Part shown: piece by piece, positions 35,648 through 49,500 of the stretch
Layout: every line of letters starts with the position of its first letter
How positions within the stretch are numbered: the first letter of the stretch is position 1
NCBI GenBank assembly: GCA_951406725.2
Contig: OX597822.1
Location: 98,952,001-99,016,000 of the forward strand
DNA from: Octopus vulgaris
Taxonomy: Eukaryota
Direction of reading: 5' to 3'
Length of the DNA stretch: 64,000 nt
Position numbers and translations under genes: made by a program
Notes under the pieces: model-generated
Databases searched by the model: none
What the model was told of the DNA's origin: nothing
What the model saw: only the letters and a program-made list of their open reading frames with translations

Positions 35648-37893
35648 CTTTTTCCAACCCATGTTGGCATAAAAATTGGATATTAAATGATGATGAGGAT
35701 GATGTATGTGTATTGTAGAAAGTGCTGAACTGGAAAATGATTGGCCGAGGTATTTGTTTCAGTCTTTTATGAATTCACTGACCTGGTTGATATGGAGAAC
35801 TCGTCAATATCTAGTTGATAAGATAGTATCTCAAAAGAATACAACATGGAACCATCTTTGTATTACCCTACAAAAATTCCATGATGGGTATGAAACAAAT
35901 TTTATTAGTTGACTTAACTGAGTTTTTGGCAAGCTGACAGAATTGTTAGCATGCCAGGTGAAATGCTTAGAGGTATTTTGTCTGCCGTTATGTTCTGAGT
36001 TCAAATTTCACCAAGGTTGACTTTGCCTTTGATCCTTTCAGGGTCGATTAAATAAGTACCAGTCATGCACTGGGGTCGATATAATCGACTTAATCTATTT
36101 GTCTGTCCTTGTTTGTCCTCTCTGTGTTTAGCCCCTTGTAGGTAGTAAAGAAATAGGTATTTCGTCTGCCCTTACATTCTGAGTTCAAATTCTGCTGAGG
36201 TTGACTTTGCCTTTCATCCTTTCGGGGTTGATTAAATAAGAACCAGTCACGTACTGGGGTCGATATACTCGACTTAATCTCTTTGCCTGTCCTTGTTTGT
36301 CCCCTCTATGTTTAGCCCCCTGTGGGCAATAAAGAAATAAATCTATATAGATTTAACAGTAAATTAATAAATTATGGGATTTTGGGATTAGGGTTGACCA
36401 ACAAAACAAACTGAATTTTGATTCAATAAACAATGGTGTAAATAAATTACAGAGGAAAAGAGAAAATGAAAAATTTGAGAAGAATATAGTTGTGTAATCG
36501 TTACCGCGTTGCCTTACTAGCACTTGTGCTGGTGGCATGTGAAACATTCAAGCGAGGTCGTCGCCAGTGCCACTGGACTGGCTCCTGTGCAGGTGGCACA
36601 TAAAAAGCACCATTTGGGCGTGGCCGTTGCCAGTACCACCAAACTGGCCCTCATGCCGGTGGCACGTGAAAGCACCTACTACACTCCCAGAGTGGTTGAC
36701 ATTAGGAAGGGCATCCAGCTGTAGAAACTCTGCCAGATCATATTGGAGTTTGGTTCGCCAGACCTCAGTCAAATCGTCCAACCCATGCTAGCATGGAAAG
36801 CGGACGTTAAATGATGATGAAGATGATGTTTGTGTACATTAAAACTTAGAAAGATCTCTGTGGAAACTATTTCAGGAGAGATACTCTCCTTATAGATAAT
36901 ATATGAGTGAAAACACATTGAACTGAGCTTTAAGTGACATTATCAGACCACAAGACATGTGTTTCTGTGTTGATATACTTCATCAACTATGTATACTGAA
37001 TTCGATGTTCACAGCTGATGAAGTTTAACTATGCAGAAACATGTGTCCTATGATCCTATGACTTCCATCACAGCCTAGTTGTGTGTTTTTACATACACAG
37101 CCCGTGTTGGTGGCACGTAAAAAGCACCCACTACACTCAGTCAAAATCGTCCAACCCATGCTAGCATGGAAAGCGGACGTTAAACGATGATGATGATGAT
37201 GATGACAGCATATAAGAGGGCGAGGTTTCCCACCTGAGAATTTCCAAAGATAAGTCTTTTCATATTTGAGTGTATTGGAATGTGCTAGATATAAATGCAT
37301 ATGTGCTAGATATAAATGTATACAGTTTTATTTTAATCATCACTGATTAATGAACCTTCAATCAATAAAGAATTTTCATTTCTATCTTAAGTACAAGGCA
37401 GCGAATATTGGGGAAGAGTCTAGGTAATAGTATCAACTCCATTATTTGAGTGGGTACCAAAGAAAACAAGAAAAAACCAGTAGCACTGGTAGAGAACTCC
37501 TTCAAGTGCAGTCATTGTATGTGTGTCTGCCTATCCTGTGTGGTGCAGAAGATGCTGCACTACCATCAGCAGCTGATACATTTTCTTCAGGTGCAGATCC
37601 ATGGTTTCTTGGGACTGACAGATACCTACAGAATACTATTATTTATATAAAGGCAGTGAGCTGGCAGAATCATTAGCATGCCGGGTGAAATGCTTATCGG
37701 CATTTCGTCTGCCGTTACATTCTGAGTTCAAATTCCGCCGAGGTTGACTTTGCCTTTCATCCTTTCGGGGTCAATAAATTAAGTACCAGTTATGCACTGG
37801 GGTCGATGTAATCGACTTAATCCCTTTGTCTGTCCTTGTTTGTCCCCTCTATGTTTAGCCCCTTGTGGGTAGTAAGAAATAAGAATACTATTA

Positions 37894-38260
37894 TCTCTCT
37901 ATATATAAACGGCAGTTTGTCTGTGTGTGTTTCTGTGTGTCTGTTAGGTTGTACCCTCACCCTGACCACGGCTTTCAACCGATTCTGATGAAACTTGACA
38001 CACACATAGCCCAATGTCATAATTCAAAACTAACGCAGCGAAAATTTTGAAAAGTTCCCCCAGTTCTGAAAAAAATCGATAAATTCGACATGGGGTCGAG
38101 AATCAGAAACACAAACCACAGTCTGTCTAGGGGACGCAACTCGACCTTTTTAACTAAAAAAAAAAATTTACCATAATTTTTTTTCCATTTTTTGGCTATA
38201 ACTCTCTAAAAATGCTTTATTTCCCTTACAAACCCGAGCAACGCCGGGCGATACTGCTAG
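37894..38260 (+). mobile_element. Non-autonomous Helitron, about 370 bp
   Basis: 5' A|TC, 3' hairpin CCCGAGCAACGCCGGG then CTAG|T. Close copies at 57082-57465 and 63163-63534. Confidence 0.85.
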
Positions 38261-40064
38261 TTTATATATAAATGTACACAGCAGCATTTCAATAAAGAGG
38301 TAGACTAAGAACAAGGTGGTTGGATAATACCCATAGTCTCAGATGGTCATGCTTGGGAATCCAGCCGGAAAATGCAATGACAGTTACTTTTGATTGGACC
38401 CTGTGGAAGAGGTACATGAAGACTCTACCCCCATGACCATCCCAGGAATAGTGGGTGAAGAAGACTGATGGAAGGAACACAGCAACATAACACACAAATA
38501 TATTTTCCCTATCCTACTGAGATTTTTTTCTGTTTTATTTTATTTATAATTCAAACAACTAACATCGAAAATATTTCCACCATGTTATAATCCAAGGAAG
38601 ATATATATATTTTTTAGTGTGGCTGATATCCTCACTGTTTGAGAGATATATTAGAAATGATCTCGTGGTAGATAACAACCATCTTTGGCTAATTTGATCC
38701 TGTTGAGTCCACTGCTCTGATTGGTTGGCATTTGGCACAGTTTGTCTTTTGACTTATTTTGCACCAGTGTGTAAGCCAGCCAATCATGGCCTTTGGATAA
38801 GGTTCCTTGACACTGTTTTTTTTATGCTTCATTTGAGCCACCTAAACCCTTTAAAAGGGCGAGATCAACAGACTATTATTGGTCTTTGGCTCTAGACCTT
38901 CTAAGGTCTAGTCACTGTATACTTTATATCATGTATTTGGCTTCTTATTTTGTTAGGGCGACCGTGTGGCGTTTTAAAGGAGACGTTTCCGTCACCAACT
39001 CCTTACGCACAGTCGTATTCCCTACAATATCAAGCAAGTCAGACATTCAGTAAGATATAATACATGGAATGTTCAATGAAAACAACATAGTAGAGCTTCT
39101 CATATGGTGGATTACTGAAACATTTATTAACTGAAGTTGTTTAATTTAGTTCTAATCAAGCAGATCTACTATCAAAAGTGCTACAGATGTGTCCACCTCA
39201 TCTAATTTTTACCAAATGTAATACTTCCAAGTAAGCACTGTTCAGTGTGCACTTCCTTGTTTTAAAAGGATACGATGTGAGAGAAATTTAGTTGCTAGTT
39301 CTAACAGGTCACACAATCAACATACAAACACTGCAGCTGGCTTGCAGCTAACATTGTTTTCTTAATAGCTAGTTCTGGTGGGCGAAAGAGAGGATTAATG
39401 CAAATCTTAATTTACATCGAGTATGAAGAACTAGATTCTTATAAATAGCCCTGGTTCTTCCAATGTTCTGTTCTGAAGTAATTCTGAACAGCATGATGAT
39501 ATTAGTAGAGAGGCAAAAAGCAAACAGCTCAAAAGAGAGAAAATGCTAAATTCAAAGAGTGGTCTTTTTCTCTTATCAGCTTAACGTTGATAAATCGGAT
39601 TATGAAAACCCTACTCTAGAATTACAACTGTAAAGGCAAACCTACAGTTCATATAAGATGCATTTCATAATGTTCAGTATAATGTATTTAAATGGAATCT
39701 AGTCAACAGTGTTTGGCATCTATGGATATATCTTTTAATGTCAGTGGTTGTTTTTTTTTTCAGAATGATACACCATCGTAACAGCCACCTCCACAAGAAG
39801 GTCAACAAAAAACAAACAACTACAAACATAAGCATAGATAATAAACAACTGAACATTTGCCATGCTTTTGTGTGTATATATATATATATATATTACTGTT
39901 CTGTTAAGGTAAGATCAACAAAAAATATTCCATCCAGTGAGAGATAAATATTATTTAGTGTTCATTGAATTCAAATAAGAGCTACTAACCACGTGTCTTA
40001 ATGGCAAGGAGCTACTAGTATCTCTTATTTTAGTACAGTGTACATTAAACAATCTCTCTCTCTC

Positions 40065-40098
<34 letters not shown>

Positions 40099-40175
40099 AT
40101 AATTATTTGAGGGAATATTATTCCTAACTTACAGGGAAGAATTCAATTTAGAAATACTAAATCAAATTTCACAAA

Positions 40176-40235
<60 letters not shown>

Positions 40236-40559
40236 AACACCTTTTATCAATTCAAAATTAACAATTAAATTACACCATTTAGAAAATTACATATAATAGA
40301 AATATTAAAATTAGAATAACAATAATATACCGATGATTAAGTAAATTGCAAAATAATAATAAAAACGTATATATTTGGTATATATTATATATATATATAA
40401 ATATATATAATGCTAACTAAAGAACCCTCAGACACCCATACACGCAAAACAATCCAAGACATCAACATCGCCATACACCCAACCCAAACCCCTACATTTA
40501 TGCAGACAGCTCATACCAACACAACCACAACCAACATTTTTTAGCCTCAGACCAGAGAA

Positions 40560-41700
40560 AATGGGCCACAGGTGGGAACTTGATATACAGGAGAAACTGA
40601 AGGTAATTAACCTGTCATATGAATCTGTATTAACCACAAAGATTGATATTCTATCAAAACGACTAGATAAACTCCTGGAGTTCAAAAGACTCCTTAATAA
40701 TTTTAACATCAACACAAAATTTATAATGGAATACAATCAAGAAGAACTCCCATTCTTAGATATACTGGTTAAAAAAAATAAACGAAAAATAGAAACAGAA
40801 ATTTTTTACAAAACCACAGACACTTAACAATACCTATTATTTAGCTCATGCCACTTGAGACATATCAAAATAAATATCCCCTTCAACCTTGCAAGAAAAA
40901 TTTGCACCATAGTATCCAAAAAAATACCAGAGAACTAAGATTATTGCAAGAGCTTAAAAGCGTACTCATGGACAGACACTACCAAATTCAACTTATAAAT
41001 GATGGGATTAAACATGCAAGATCGATTGACATAAAAACATCAAGGAAAGTCAAACACAAAAACACACCTACTCTGAAAACACTACCATATGTATCCACAT
41101 ACAATACCAGAAACAAAGAAGCATTTAACATCATTGTCCAAAATCTCTCAATGCTCCATAAGGACCTCAAACCGAAGGAAATTCTATGTACCCATAAAAT
41201 CATTAAAAGCAGTAAACAACCAAAAACATTAAAGAAGATCTTCACAAATGCTAAATTATTCTCAAGAACAACAGATGTAAGAGTAAAAAAATGTGGCTAT
41301 CCTAACTGCGGAACATGTCTCAATGTGTTGGAAGGATCAGAATTCCATTTTAGACAAGGGCAAATAATCAAAATTTAATCCAACTTCCCTTGTGCCTCTG
41401 AAAACCTCATTTATGTAATCAGATGCTTGGGCTCTTATAAAAAACTATATAGGTTATACAGGAATGTCCATCAGATGAAGATATACAATCCACAGACAAC
41501 AGATATCTTCCCCATAATATTGCCATATATATCTCAGTGAACACATTGGCAGATGTGCAGAACAACAGCGACAACAGTTCCTAATCACCCCATTATATCA
41601 ATTTGCTGTTTGGACCTCATCACAAATGTGACTAAATAAAGAGGCCTCATTTATAGAAAAATATAAAGCAGAATTAAATATAAATCCATATTGAAAAGTA
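40560..41700 (+). mobile_element. Penelope-like element fragment (RT C-terminus + GIY-YIG endonuclease), decayed
   Basis: LPFLDILV..EIFYKTTDT, SCH..HIKINIPFNLARKI, KKCGYPNCGTC, C.SENLIYVIRC..NYIGYTG, read across frameshifts. Confidence 0.85.
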
Positions 41701-43875
41701 AAGATTTACCCCATCCAATGAATATAATATTGATATAAGCCAGAATCAAATACAAATCAATATTAAAAAGTACAGATTTACCTCCCCTTTACTGAAAAAT
41801 ACCTTGGTTACCAATTATCCCCACCCTAGCAAACAAAATCTCTAACTCTGATGTTGAAAAGTGTGAGCAAAACTGGTTATTATGTTGGAAGAAAAAAATC
41901 TCATTTTGTATAATATTATATAATACATTTGCTATGATGATTCTAATATATTCTTTAGTCATATAAAACGAATTTTCTGTGTCTGTCATTTTTCTCTTTC
42001 CTTGTATCTTCAACCATGTGGAATTAACGATCATACTTCCTATTTCATATACATACATACATATATATATATTGCTGCATTTTAGTTGTAGTAGCTTCTA
42101 TACAAATTGCAGTTACCCTTGCACTGGTTATTTAAGGGAACTTTTTGTGTTTTTGAATTGTAGTATCTCCAGTATCTCTTCTTTACATTGCTCTCTTTGT
42201 ATTGTGTTAAAGAATTTTATGGTTATGCCATAAAATTATTTTGTCTTTGTAGACGGTTAATGACTTTGGTTGTTTCTGTGCCATAGTTTCAGGTTAATAT
42301 TCAAGAATTTGGGTATAGTAATTTCCAAATGATCTTTATAATGGTTACTAAAGCAAAAGACCAGATCGTAATATATTGCAGTATGTGCAACATTATCTGC
42401 TGCTTTATGTGTAATTCAGGAAAGATATTGCAAAAATTTCATTCTATGCCTGCAAGCTGAGATTAGCTCTGATGTTCTCTTTGTTATTGATGTGGGAGTA
42501 ATTTTTAATATGATGTTCTGAAACGTAAATTTCACCTCTTTGAATGAGTAACCTTATCAATGAAAAGACTATGTTATATAGAGAATTTTTAGAAGGATAT
42601 GATTCTAGGAAATACCTTCATTGGAATCCATCTTGTGCAGTTTAAGCATGTGGCTTAAAGAAATAAGAAAATTATAGTACTTGTCTATTATCTTATGATA
42701 AATACATTCTCTAACACAACATACTGGGTACTCATTATCATCATCACCATTTAATGTCTGTTTTCAATGCTGGCATAAGTTGGATGATTTGACAGAACTG
42801 GTAAACCTGGGAGCTGCCCCAAGTTCCAATCTGATTGGATGCCCTTCCTGAAGCCAACCACTCTAACAGTGCAGTGGGTGCATTTTATGTGCCAGTTACA
42901 TGATACTGGCATCAGCCATGACTACAATCTCACTTGGCTTGACAGGTCTTCTCAAGCACAGCATAGTGCCAAAGGTCTCAGTCCCCTGTCACTGCCTCTG
43001 TAAGGCTCAACATTCAAACAGTGTTTTTTTGGCATGATAGATCTTCTCAAGCACAGCATATCACCCAGTATTCAAAGGGCAAATTCCAACAAATTACTAT
43101 AAAACACACACACACACACATTATGATATTGAATTGTGTCTAACAAATAGGAGAAGAATACTTAGTATAATGTTATAGAGTATATGATTTATTGAAATTA
43201 AATCTGAATGTATATTTTGCATAGACTTTCAGTTTCAATATATGGGTGTGTATGTGCATATGCGTGTATGTATATATCTGTGTGACTGTCTATGAACATG
43301 TGAGAGTGTATCTATGTGCATATCTGTGAATAAGTAACATGTTGGCTTAACAGAAAACACATTTTAAAGCCAATTACATTAATACAATAACTCTTTGAAA
43401 TAGCCATACAAAGAAAGTACTAGACTGCTCTCAAAGCATGCCTGGGAAAACATAAAATATGAGTGAGTCTACAAACATCACATGGTCTATCTTTGATAAA
43501 ACCACTGCATTCAAAATGTTGTGATGTTTATATGCATGACTGCATACGTAAGTATGTATGAATGTATATTAAGTCTATATACATTTGTATGTGTGTATGT
43601 GTTTGAAAGACAGAATTATTCGTTTGATGCTCAATAAAACATGAAAGTTTGTGACATTTTGAGTTTATGCACTTCTTCATAAAGTTAGCTTGTTAGAAGA
43701 AGGACATAGTATAAAGCATGGGAAATGTTTTATTGTAATAATTTTGACTTACAGTTGTTTCCAGTAGTCATTATAGGTTCATTATTAAGTTTATTCAATT
43801 GGTCCATTGATTGGTTGAGAAAACTTGAATGACCTAAAAAGCTAATGCTGCTTTGTCAGAGTCATAACTAGAAAT

Positions 43876-44011
43876 GACTCTGATGAAATGACTCTAATGA
43901 AAGTAGCATTAAGTTTTTAGGGTGTTCAATTCTTCTCAACTGATCAATGAACCTATTGAGTAAACCTATTAATAATAAACCCATAATGACTACTGGAAAC
44001 AGCTGTAAGTC
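43876..44011 (+). ncRNA. Type I hammerhead motif with a large stem II region, inside a 300-bp palindrome
   Basis: GACT CTGATGA ... GAAA CAGCTG TA AGTC. Confidence 0.6.
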
Positions 44012-44047
44012 GAATTTACTGCAATAAAGAAAAATATGTGATGACTA

Positions 44048-44085
<38 letters not shown>

Positions 44086-45234
44086 GTATGTTATAGAAAG
44101 TATGGGATATTTATGGAGTGCTCATAGAGAGCCAATGTGAAATAATACAAGGTAGAGGAAAATGAAAACGCAAATCCTCTGCAGTCAACCAAATTCCCAA
44201 ACGCATAAATGAAGATAGTCAATAAATGTAATTGAATCATATATATTCATACACATCAACATAAATCATGCATGTATAGGCGTAAAGATTCTCCAAGGGT
44301 ATAAAAAATAAAACCAAACATACATAAAAATATAGGAGAGATATAAAAGCATATAAAAATATACAAAAATACATATAAAATCACATATAAATAAGAATTA
44401 CATGTAAAAAGTTACGCGTGATAAATATAGGAAGCACAAAACGAATGAGAGGTTGATAAATATAGGAATAAAAATGTCAAACGTCTAAAATTTCTAATAC
44501 ATCTAAGATATGAGATCATAGTGACACAAGATATCAAGGTTAAGAGCAGTAAATAAAAAGGATCTGAAAAATAGGAGGGTGTTCCATCTGCGGCCATTTC
44601 AGGGGTACATTACCGGTCAGGGTTAAAAAATTAAAACTTCCATATATGTAATGTCCCCATCATCAGGATAATGTACTCCTTGGTGGCTGCCATCATACTC
44701 GATTCTTGGTTTGTGTCTATCACTGTTTGAGTTGCCTAATAGTGATTTTATCTCTAATTTAATTTATATATATATATGGCCTCTGTGCTGGTGGCATGTA
44801 ACAAACACCATCCGATCGTCTGGCACCTGTGTCGGTGGCACATAAAAAGCACCCACTACACTCACGGAGTGGTTGGCGTTAGGAAGGGCATCCAGCTGTA
44901 GAAACACTGCCAGATCTGACTGGCCTGGTGCAGCCTTCGGGCTTCCCAGACCCCAGTTGAACCGTCCAACCCATGCTAGCATGGAAAGCGGACGTTAAAC
45001 GATGATGATGATGATGATATATATATATATATATAAACAATTTATAAGTAAGGACAAAAGAAAAAATTTCTAATGCCAAAATATGCCGAAAATAGACACA
45101 ATGTCAATAACCATGTAGTTTATCACTACAAGCACGCATTTTGAAGAAAGCCGACAGAAATTTCTAAAAAATCCCGTTATTACCATTACACCCATGGGTG
45201 TAAGTAGGTATTTCACTTATTTCTTAACCGCATT

Positions 45235-45288
45235 TATCACTGATGAAGGGAAGGTTCTTATGAACCAACTCTGAAATCAGGTCCGATA
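45235..45288 (+). ncRNA. Type I hammerhead motif, slightly decayed, in the loop of a 155-bp inverted repeat
   Basis: TATCA CTGATGA AGGGAAGGTTCTTATGAACCAACTCT GAAA TCAG GTC CGATA. Confidence 0.6.
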
Positions 45289-46097
45289 TGGTAATATCGG
45301 GATTTTTTAGAAATTTCTGTTGGCTTTCTTCGAAACGCATGCTTGTAGTGATGAATTATAATGGTTATTGACATTGTTTCTATTTTCGGCATATTTTGGC
45401 ATTAGAAATTTTTTCTTTTGCCCTCAGTTATAAATTGTTTATAAATTTAACCTTTGCTAGAATTTTTTTTGAAAAATTTTATCCTATATTAGATATATAT
45501 ATATATATGTACAAATATTTGTGTGTATGCATGTGTGTGTATCTATGAATATTGCTCTCATGATATAGAATAGATGTCAGCTATTGAAAAGCAGTAGCAA
45601 GTTACAGTTTTGATTTCCAATTGAAATATTGTCCTCAACTCATTGTTAAAGCTTTTGTCTTGGGTTGAGATCCTTGAAACCTGTTATTTGCAGTATCTTT
45701 TAGATTCTTTGGAGCCTAGGGGCAAATGAAATATATGGCCTCCTGTAGAAGTGTGTTTAGTATTATGGTGTTATGTATGCGTATCATTTGCTTGAATGCC
45801 ATCCCTATTGATAACATTGCATCAAACTTGTTTTCATATTCTACCATATAAATAAACCAAAAATACATACTTTACCTGTTAGTGGGCATGACTGTGTGTG
45901 TGTAAGTGCAGGCATGACTGTGTGGTAAGAAGCTTGCTTCTCAACAACATTGTTCTGGGTTCAGTCCCACAGCATGGCACCTTGGGCTTGTATCTTCTGC
46001 TATAACCTCAGGCTGACCAAAGCCCTGTAAGTGGATTTGGTAGATGGAAACTGTAAAGGCCCACTGTACATATGTGTGTGTGTGTATGTGTGTGTGT

Positions 46098-46134
<37 letters not shown>

Positions 46135-46324
46135 GGTCCCCCTCCACTGCTTGACAGCTGGATGGAGAGCTAAATGGCTTAAGAGAATAAGAGAGTTACC
46201 AAGCAAAATACGGATTATATACTGAGGTGGAGAGGAAGATGAGATGAACACAAAGTTAGATGTAAAGAGAGGGATACACAAACAGACTGGCTGAAAGAAA
46301 TGTATCATCGACACATGGGTATGT

Positions 46325-46491
46325 ATGCATGTGTGTGTGTATGTGTGTTTGTGTGTGTGTGTTTGTGTTTGTGTTTGTGTGTGTGTGTATTTGTGTGTGT
46401 GTGTGTGTTTGTGTGTGTGTATGTGTTTGTGTGTGTGTGTGTTTGTGTTTGTGTGTGTGTGTATGTGTGTGTGTGTGTTTGTGTGTGTGTA

Positions 46492-46581
<90 letters not shown>

Positions 46582-46590
46582 TGTGTGTGT
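46325..46590 (+). repeat. Long imperfect (TG)n microsatellite; one of dozens of (TA)n, (CA)n, (TATG)n, (ATCT)n and (GA)n tracts
   Basis: Direct reading. Others include 6563-6740, 24748-24870, 28186-28727, 60238-60338. Confidence 0.95.
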
Positions 46591-47380
46591 TTCCCCATTA
46601 CTTGGCAGTTCAGCAAAAGAGACCAATAGAATAAATACTAGGCTTAAAAAAGAAAAAAAAGTCCTTCGAGTCGATTCGTCTGACTAAAACCCATCAAGGC
46701 AGTACCCCAGCATGGCTACAGTCTAATAAACTGAAACAAATAACGATTAAAAGATAAAGAATTACCTGTATTAAAACAAATTAACTATTTTACGTTTTTG
46801 GCGTTTAAATGATTTTCTTGCCAGAAAATACCAGCCAATGATTCCACTTGACTCCACTCTTCATGTCAATGCCTTAGACTGACCATAGTTCAATGACTGA
46901 CACTAACAAAACAGTAAAAGGAAGTATACATTATGTGTTGGCACTAAATCTCTAATGGGTAATTATCTGTATGTGTGTTTGGATACCATATGTGGTTAAG
47001 GATTCTTTTATTTGTTTGAAGAAGAAATTTTCTGATTATATTATTTTAAGAAGAAATATTCCTATTATAACATGGAATTATTATTAAGTTATTTCATTTT
47101 GAAATGTGTTTTTGCTGTGGCTGTTTATGGCAAATTAAAATAGATAAAGCAAGTTTATTAAACAGAAATAATTAATTATTGAAATCTCATGTATGGGAAA
47201 TTTTTGAATGTGTTTTGTTGTAATTTATTAAATATAACAATTTATCAATCTATCCACTTGTTTACACAATTCCATACAGACATACAAACACACACACATC
47301 ACATACATGCTCATGCATATTTACATATGCACACACTCGCCCCCCCCCCCCCCGCCCCCGCACACACATATATATATATA

Positions 47381-48815
47381 CAGGGTGCATAAAGTATTTG
47401 AGGCCAGTTATATACTTACACAATAATGACTCTTAGAAACAGACAATAATGGCTTTTTACTGAAAAAGGTTTTGAGGATAAGAATAAACATATTGTTTCC
47501 TCATTTTACTCAATAAAGTCTCTTTCAGCTTCAATAAGGGCTTCTATGCGAGGTCTGAATTACCTACATGCTAGGATCAAGTGGTCTGTGTTCAAATTGG
47601 ACATTACTCTGACTATGGAGGCTTTTAGGGATTTTTTGGTGTTATGGCTTCCATGTCGGTGGCATGTAAAACGCACCAACCGATCGTGGCCATTGCCTGC
47701 CTCCCCTTTTCCTGTGTCAGTGGCAAGTAAAAAGCACCTACTACACTCACAGAGTGGTTGGCGTTAGGAAGGGCATCCAGCTGTAGAAACACTGCCAGAT
47801 CAGACTGGAGCCTGGTGCAGCCTCCTGGCTTCCCAGACCCTGGTCGAACCATCCAACCTATGCTAGCATGGAAAATGGACGTTAAACCATGATGATGATG
47901 ATGATGAGGGTGCTCATAAACCTCTTTCTCAACTATGCTCCATACATAGTAGTCCAATGGATTGAGATTTGGGGAGCCAGGAGGCCAAATGTTGGGAGCT
48001 ATGTGGTCATGAAAATTTTCCGTCATCCATTCCTGTGTTGCTGTAGCCTTGTCTGTAGCCAAGTCTTGTTGAAACACATGAGGTTTTCTGTTGCGTACGT
48101 TATCGATTCATGACTTAATCGGTGTATTCAGAACATCTATGTAGGCAGTAGAATTTGCTCGAAGACCTTGTGGAAAGAAGTGAGGAGGCATCACATGTCC
48201 TTCATTGCTGACAACCCCCAAAACCATGACAGTTGCAGGAAATTTTGTATGTATTTCTCTTGGAACTTCCGAAGGGTCTGCATATAGCCATCTGTCATTT
48301 CTTCTGTTTACTTTCTGATCTTGATGAAAGTTTTCTTCATCTGAGAAGAACCAAATGATATCTTTCTCTGCTGGGTTTTTAAGCTTGTTTAGAACTGATT
48401 AAGGGATTTTCCTTCATTGTTTCTGACATGAAATTACCTTTTCTTATCATATAAGATTTGTATGTGATGTCTTTGTGGACAACATTTTGGATTGTTCCTT
48501 CTGATACATGGTGTTCTTTGGCAATTAACCTCATGGAACTTCTGAGATTGTCATCAATGGTCTGCTTTACTTGTTGAATAAATTCTGGTGTTTCTAATAA
48601 TCTCAGTGTGTCTACAGTGTTTCTTACATTTTGATACTGACGATACAGTTCTGTCTTTGGCCTCTAACTCCTTGGGAATTTTGTAGACAAAGGATCTAAT
48701 GACTTTTGAAAATTGTGCTATTTCTAAATTATTATGTTCAGCCTTTATAGCCACAATGACTGCATGCCTTCTCATAGCCATAGAGAAGTACTGCATGGCT
48801 GTGAAATGTAGCCTA
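47381..48815 (-). mobile_element. Decayed Tc1/mariner element of DD37D (maT-like) type
   Basis: TA|CAGGGTG terminus at 47381. Fragments FFSDEENF, VMVLGVVSNEG, FQQD...WPPGSPNLNPLDYYVW (36 residues between the D's, probably one codon lost). Interrupted by an RTE tail at about 47630-47906. Confidence 0.8.
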
Positions 48816-49132
48816 TGGGGGTGGTCGATCAACGAAGCTGGAAGTCTTCGACAATGACTGCCTCCGGTGCATTCTTCACTGCTGTCGGGTGGATCGAGTT
48901 CCCACCGCCAATCTCTGACTTTGCCTGTCTCTGCGGCCCCTTCCATCTGTCCTTCTGCAACGGCGCTTGTGGTGGTTTGGCCATGCATGTAGGCGTCCGG
49001 TGGGTGAACTGAGCCGTGATGTCCTTCTCCCAACTCCACTTCCCAACTATCTATCTATCTATAATCTGAAAAAGAAAATTAGTGTTCAATCCTTTGAAAG
49101 ACATATTTAACTATTAAGATTGTTGTTGCTGC

Positions 49133-49500
49133 TTGTTTGTTTGTTTGTTTGTTGAGCATCTCAGGACCGTCTGCAGTCTCAAACATGGTCCTTTGCTATT
49201 CGTAAGACCCACAGAAGAGAAAGCAGGTCAACCCCTGACACCGAGAGCATCGACGGATCGATGAATGCGCATCCAGGCTCAATGGTTGCGTAGGAAGTCA
49301 GGGACAAGAACCAGGAAGAAAGAGTGAAAGAAAGTTGGGGCGAAAGAGTACAACATGGGTCGCCACCACCCCCTGCAGGAGCCTCGTGGAGCTTTAGGTG
49401 CTTTCGCTCAATAAACACACACAACGCCTGGTCTGGGAATCAAAACCGGGATCCTCCGACTGCGAGTCCACTGCCCTAACCATTGGGCCATTGCGCCTCC
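49133..49500 (-). mobile_element. tRNA-derived SINE family E with (CAAA)n tail
   Basis: Head GGAGGCGCAATGGCCCAATGGTTAGGGCAG..GGTTTTGATTCCC; GC-rich body; (AAAC)n tail. Confidence 0.7.

Noticed and set aside
38583-39026. Possible solo LTR (TGT...ACA, CCAAT-like boxes)
   Set aside because: No matching TSD, no second copy and no PBS or PPT.
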